Below, piece by piece: positions 61,315 to 64,000 of a stretch of DNA of 64,000 nucleotides (positions are counted from its first letter, which is position 1; each line of letters opens with the position of its first letter). A program made the position numbers and the translations under genes. The stretch is from Candidatus Poribacteria bacterium (lineage in GTDB: Bacteria > Poribacteria > WGA-4E > WGA-3G). Location: positions 1 through 64,000 of the forward strand of contig CBDBFU010000007.1 of assembly GCA_965205025.1 (NCBI GenBank). Reading direction: 5' to 3'. The notes under the pieces were generated by a model. The model saw only the letters and a program-made list of their open reading frames with translations. It was not told the origin of the DNA and did no database searches.

Positions 61315-63264
61315 TTATTCTCCATAAAACTTTTTATTCAAATCTCTATCTTCCTCACTCACCTCAAAATCCGCGTCTTCTATTTCGGAGAGGTTAACAT
61401 AGAGTTGGTTTTTATCCAATAGTTCTACCAAGCAATGTTTCTGTGCATCAAGGTTATCAATAGCGATGAAATCTTGGACTGCTTCTTGCGGCATTTCAGC
61501 GTTGACATACCAGTTTAGGAATGAGTTTTCGGCAATCTCTTTCCAGAGTGCTACAAGTTCATCAGAGGATTGTGCGGCTTGGATTTTTTCCATATAAACT
61601 TGGTTGTATTCCATTAGTTCGCAATAGATAAAATCACCGATGTTTTCTTTTTCCATCACTTTTTCTACGCGTGGAACGGTAACGCTTTCAACATAATCCA
61701 TCTGTTCGACTAAAATGAATTTACGATTTCCATTATCTTGTTTGTTCAATTCTAAAATAGCATGAGCAGTTGTTCCGCTTCCCGCAAAGAAATCAAGAAT
61801 TATGTCGTCCCCACTTCTTTCCGTTAATATTTCAAGGACATCTTTGACAGCATGTATAGATTTTGGATAACTAAAAACTTTCTGCCCTTCAAATAGGTTC
61901 TTTAATAGTTTTGTCCCATGTGAAGATGCGTCATATCTACTGTCAGTCCAGACACTTTTGGGCCGTGTCCCTTCCTTTATCTTGTCAATAATCTTAACCT
62001 TCCATTGACCTGATTTATTCTGCTCAATTTTTATTTCGTTACTATTGACATGTTTTGCAAAGGAAGAACGTGTTTTTCGCCAAACTCTTTTATTACCTTT
62101 ACTATCTAATGGCAAGATTTCAATTTGTTCATCAGAAGTCCTTTCTAAAGAAATATGTTCTCCCTGTGGCAGAAAGTAAATTGGGTAATACGAGTTCGGT
62201 CTTTCTTCAGGAGTTGATAGTCCACCCGTTCTTAAAAAATCACGCCATCTGAAAAGGTTTTTCCCTGTGCCTTCAGTGTATTGTTTCTTTTGTTCATCAG
62301 TTAACTCAAGAAAATTTATTTCTGGCAAACCTGCCTGTTTAGAATAAATGTGTAAGTATTCATGGCATGTGGCAAAATAAGAATCGGTTGTCCTGCCACT
62401 CGGTTTACTCTGAACTATGACCGTGCCCATGTGATTTACTCTACCAAAGACTTCATCACACAAAACAGCAAGATAAGCTTGTTCTTCATCATCAATTGCG
62501 ATTATAATCAAGCCGTCGTCTCGTAATAAGTCTTTAGCTAATTCAAGCCTATTTCTCATAAAAGTGAGCCAGCTTGAATGGTTAAAAGCGTTGTTATATC
62601 CAAAAGTAGTACTTTCACCTTTCGTGTTATATGGCGGGTCAATGTAAATCAATTTAACCTGTCCACGGAATTGCTGTTTGAGGGTGTAGAGAGCGATTAG
62701 GTTATTGCCTTTAATGATTAGGTTTTCACGTATCGTGCCGTTCTCGTCCCGTTGGATTTTTTCTACGTCTTGTTCACCTGCAGCGGTGTGGCGTTTCCAG
62801 TTGGTAAGCACCTTCGGATCAAACATCCGATTGATTTCGTCTTGTGCAAGGATTTCGTTGAAGAATATCTCTTTGCGTTTTTCCTCCTCTTTTGTTTGTC
62901 CGCCTTCAAGAACACAATCTTTGTAGGGCCAAACAAGTGAGACTTCGCCGCGTTCACGAAGGAATTTTCCGTCAATGTTCAATCCAATTTTGTTACGGAA
63001 TTGTGTGTAAGAATTGGAGAGGAAGTTTTTAGCGGTGATGTAGTCAATAAAGGTGTTGTAGTTAAAAATCCAGTGTCCGTCAATTTCGTCAAAGAAGGTT
63101 GTTTTTATGTCAGGGTCGGTCAGCAGTAACTTGATAAGGTTGTGTTCAAGCTTCCATGCGTGGTCTTTGACTGCTGCGGGGAGGAGTTCGCCTGATTCGT
63201 CTGTAAAATCGGGGTTGGTTTTGAGGAGTGCGATAAGTTTTTCGTTGAAGTTTTGTTTTGGCAT
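61315..63264 (-). CDS. mod: Type III restriction-modification Mod subunit
   Basis: NLIIKGNNL, LIYIDPPYN, WLTFMRNRL, FSYPKS, LDFFAGSGTT. Confidence 0.94.
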   Translation of the reverse strand: MPKQNFNEKLIALLKTNPDFTDESGELLPAAVKDHAWKLEHNLIKLLLTDPDIKTTFFDEIDGHWIFNYNTFIDYITAKNFLSNSYTQFRNKIGLNIDGKFLRERGEVSLVWPYKDCVLEGGQTKEEEKRKEIFFNEILAQDEINRMFDPKVLTNWKRHTAAGEQDVEKIQRDENGTIRENLIIKGNNLIALYTLKQQFRGQVKLIYIDPPYNTKGESTTFGYNNAFNHSSWLTFMRNRLELAKDLLRDDGLIIIAIDDEEQAYLAVLCDEVFGRVNHMGTVIVQSKPSGRTTDSYFATCHEYLHIYSKQAGLPEINFLELTDEQKKQYTEGTGKNLFRWRDFLRTGGLSTPEERPNSYYPIYFLPQGEHISLERTSDEQIEILPLDSKGNKRVWRKTRSSFAKHVNSNEIKIEQNKSGQWKVKIIDKIKEGTRPKSVWTDSRYDASSHGTKLLKNLFEGQKVFSYPKSIHAVKDVLEILTERSGDDIILDFFAGSGTTAHAILELNKQDNGNRKFILVEQMDYVESVTVPRVEKVMEKENIGDFIYCELMEYNQVYMEKIQAAQSSDELVALWKEIAENSFLNWYVNAEMPQEAVQDFIAIDNLDAQKHCLVELLDKNQLYVNLSEIEDADFEVSEEDRDLNKKFYGE

Positions 63265-63334
63265 AAAACAACTATCTCCAAATGCTGTTGGGGTATAAGG
63301 TATTTACGGTATCTTAATAAAATTAATGCGTTAC

Positions 63335-63480
63335 TTTATTTTCGTATCTGTAAGCGAAATTGTCGTCTGGTTCATCACGTTCCTTTATTCCAGTTCTAAA
63401 CGTCTCAACGGATGCTAAAATCCTCTCAACATGATTACCAACAAGATCGGCATGCGGGGAAAGTAAGCAGAAATTATACT
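63335..63480 (-). pseudogene. Remnant paralog of the 56465-57343 gene
   Basis: SPHADLVGNHVERILASVETFRTGIKERDEPDDNFAYRYEN versus SPHTFMVGGHVDSILSSVNEFKSDLKERGEPDDNISDIYEN. Confidence 0.7.
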
Positions 63481-63514
63481 ATTCCTCCATCGGATGTAAC
63501 CACGTAATTATATC

Positions 63515-63680
63515 ATGCTTGGGTTAAAACGACAAACAAAGTCAGATGGAATCGGTATTGACCGACTGTTAAGCCACCATCAATCACAAAGATTGTTCCT
63601 GTTGCGAAACTTGCTTCATTATAGATAAAGAATAAGGCAGCATTTGCTATATCCACAGGTTTTCCAATACGATATAACCC
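63515..63680 (-). pseudogene. C-terminal fragment of an SDR oxidoreductase
   Basis: RIGKPVDIANAALFF..EASFATGTIFVIDGGLT; no N-terminal part present. Confidence 0.72.
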
Positions 63681-63925
63681 GAAGCGTCAATTTAATGAGA
63701 TTCGTATTTTTTAGGTTTGTTTTGAGTTGTCTGAATCGCGGATTACACGGATTACGCGGATAAGAGTGTTTGGAGAGGGTAAGGAGCAAGAACACAAACT
63801 GAATGAAGAGTACTTTATTAATACGGTAATTTTGGAGAAAGATCCAGTGCGGTGAATCAAGGAATCAACGGTATGAATGACATTTAGACATTCACCGGGA
63901 CTTGGTATATTGGTGATAACGACTT

Positions 63926-64000
63926 CTCTAAACATTCCGTCCCTACGGGACTCAATTATGGGATATACACCTTTACTATAAACATTCCGTCCCTACGGGA
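63926..64000. repeat. Two direct copies of TAAACATTCCGTCCCTACGGGA (REP-like)
   Basis: Direct repeat; a reverse-complement relative lies at about 6030-6055. Confidence 0.7.

Overview
AT-rich bacterial chromosomal window. Protein signatures suggest Candidatus Poribacteria, a sponge symbiont; this is inference from the 'PVDAKEKLTTQWASVK' C-terminal tag, the 'GLP.GAK.R.GKG' WD40 proteins and the extended ECF sigma factor. Housekeeping genes are sufS, grx, sufDBC, moaA, miaA and mnmA. They are interleaved with accessory DNA: a toxin-antitoxin pair, methyltransferases, a type II-like RM pair, a type III RM split by about 7 kb of cargo, a DDE IS, WD40, C-type lectin and HEAT-repeat proteins, and several families of intergenic repeats. 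The main finding is at 39059-49126 (- strand). The ORF track shows about 12 fragments there, but they form a tandem array of five paralogous genes of roughly 510-550 aa. Each reads through an in-frame UGA in the motif DE[S/A]C-U-[G/A]SGKxLRA. Each UGA is followed, after the same 17-nt spacer, by a covarying bacterial-type SECIS hairpin. The proteins match eukaryotic Selenoprotein N (SELENON) motif by motif, judged from my recollection of its sequence. A membrane-anchored ECF sigma factor sits inside the array and carries the same C-terminal domain as the selenoproteins. Many other genes are broken by single-base homopolymer indels that are probably assembly errors.
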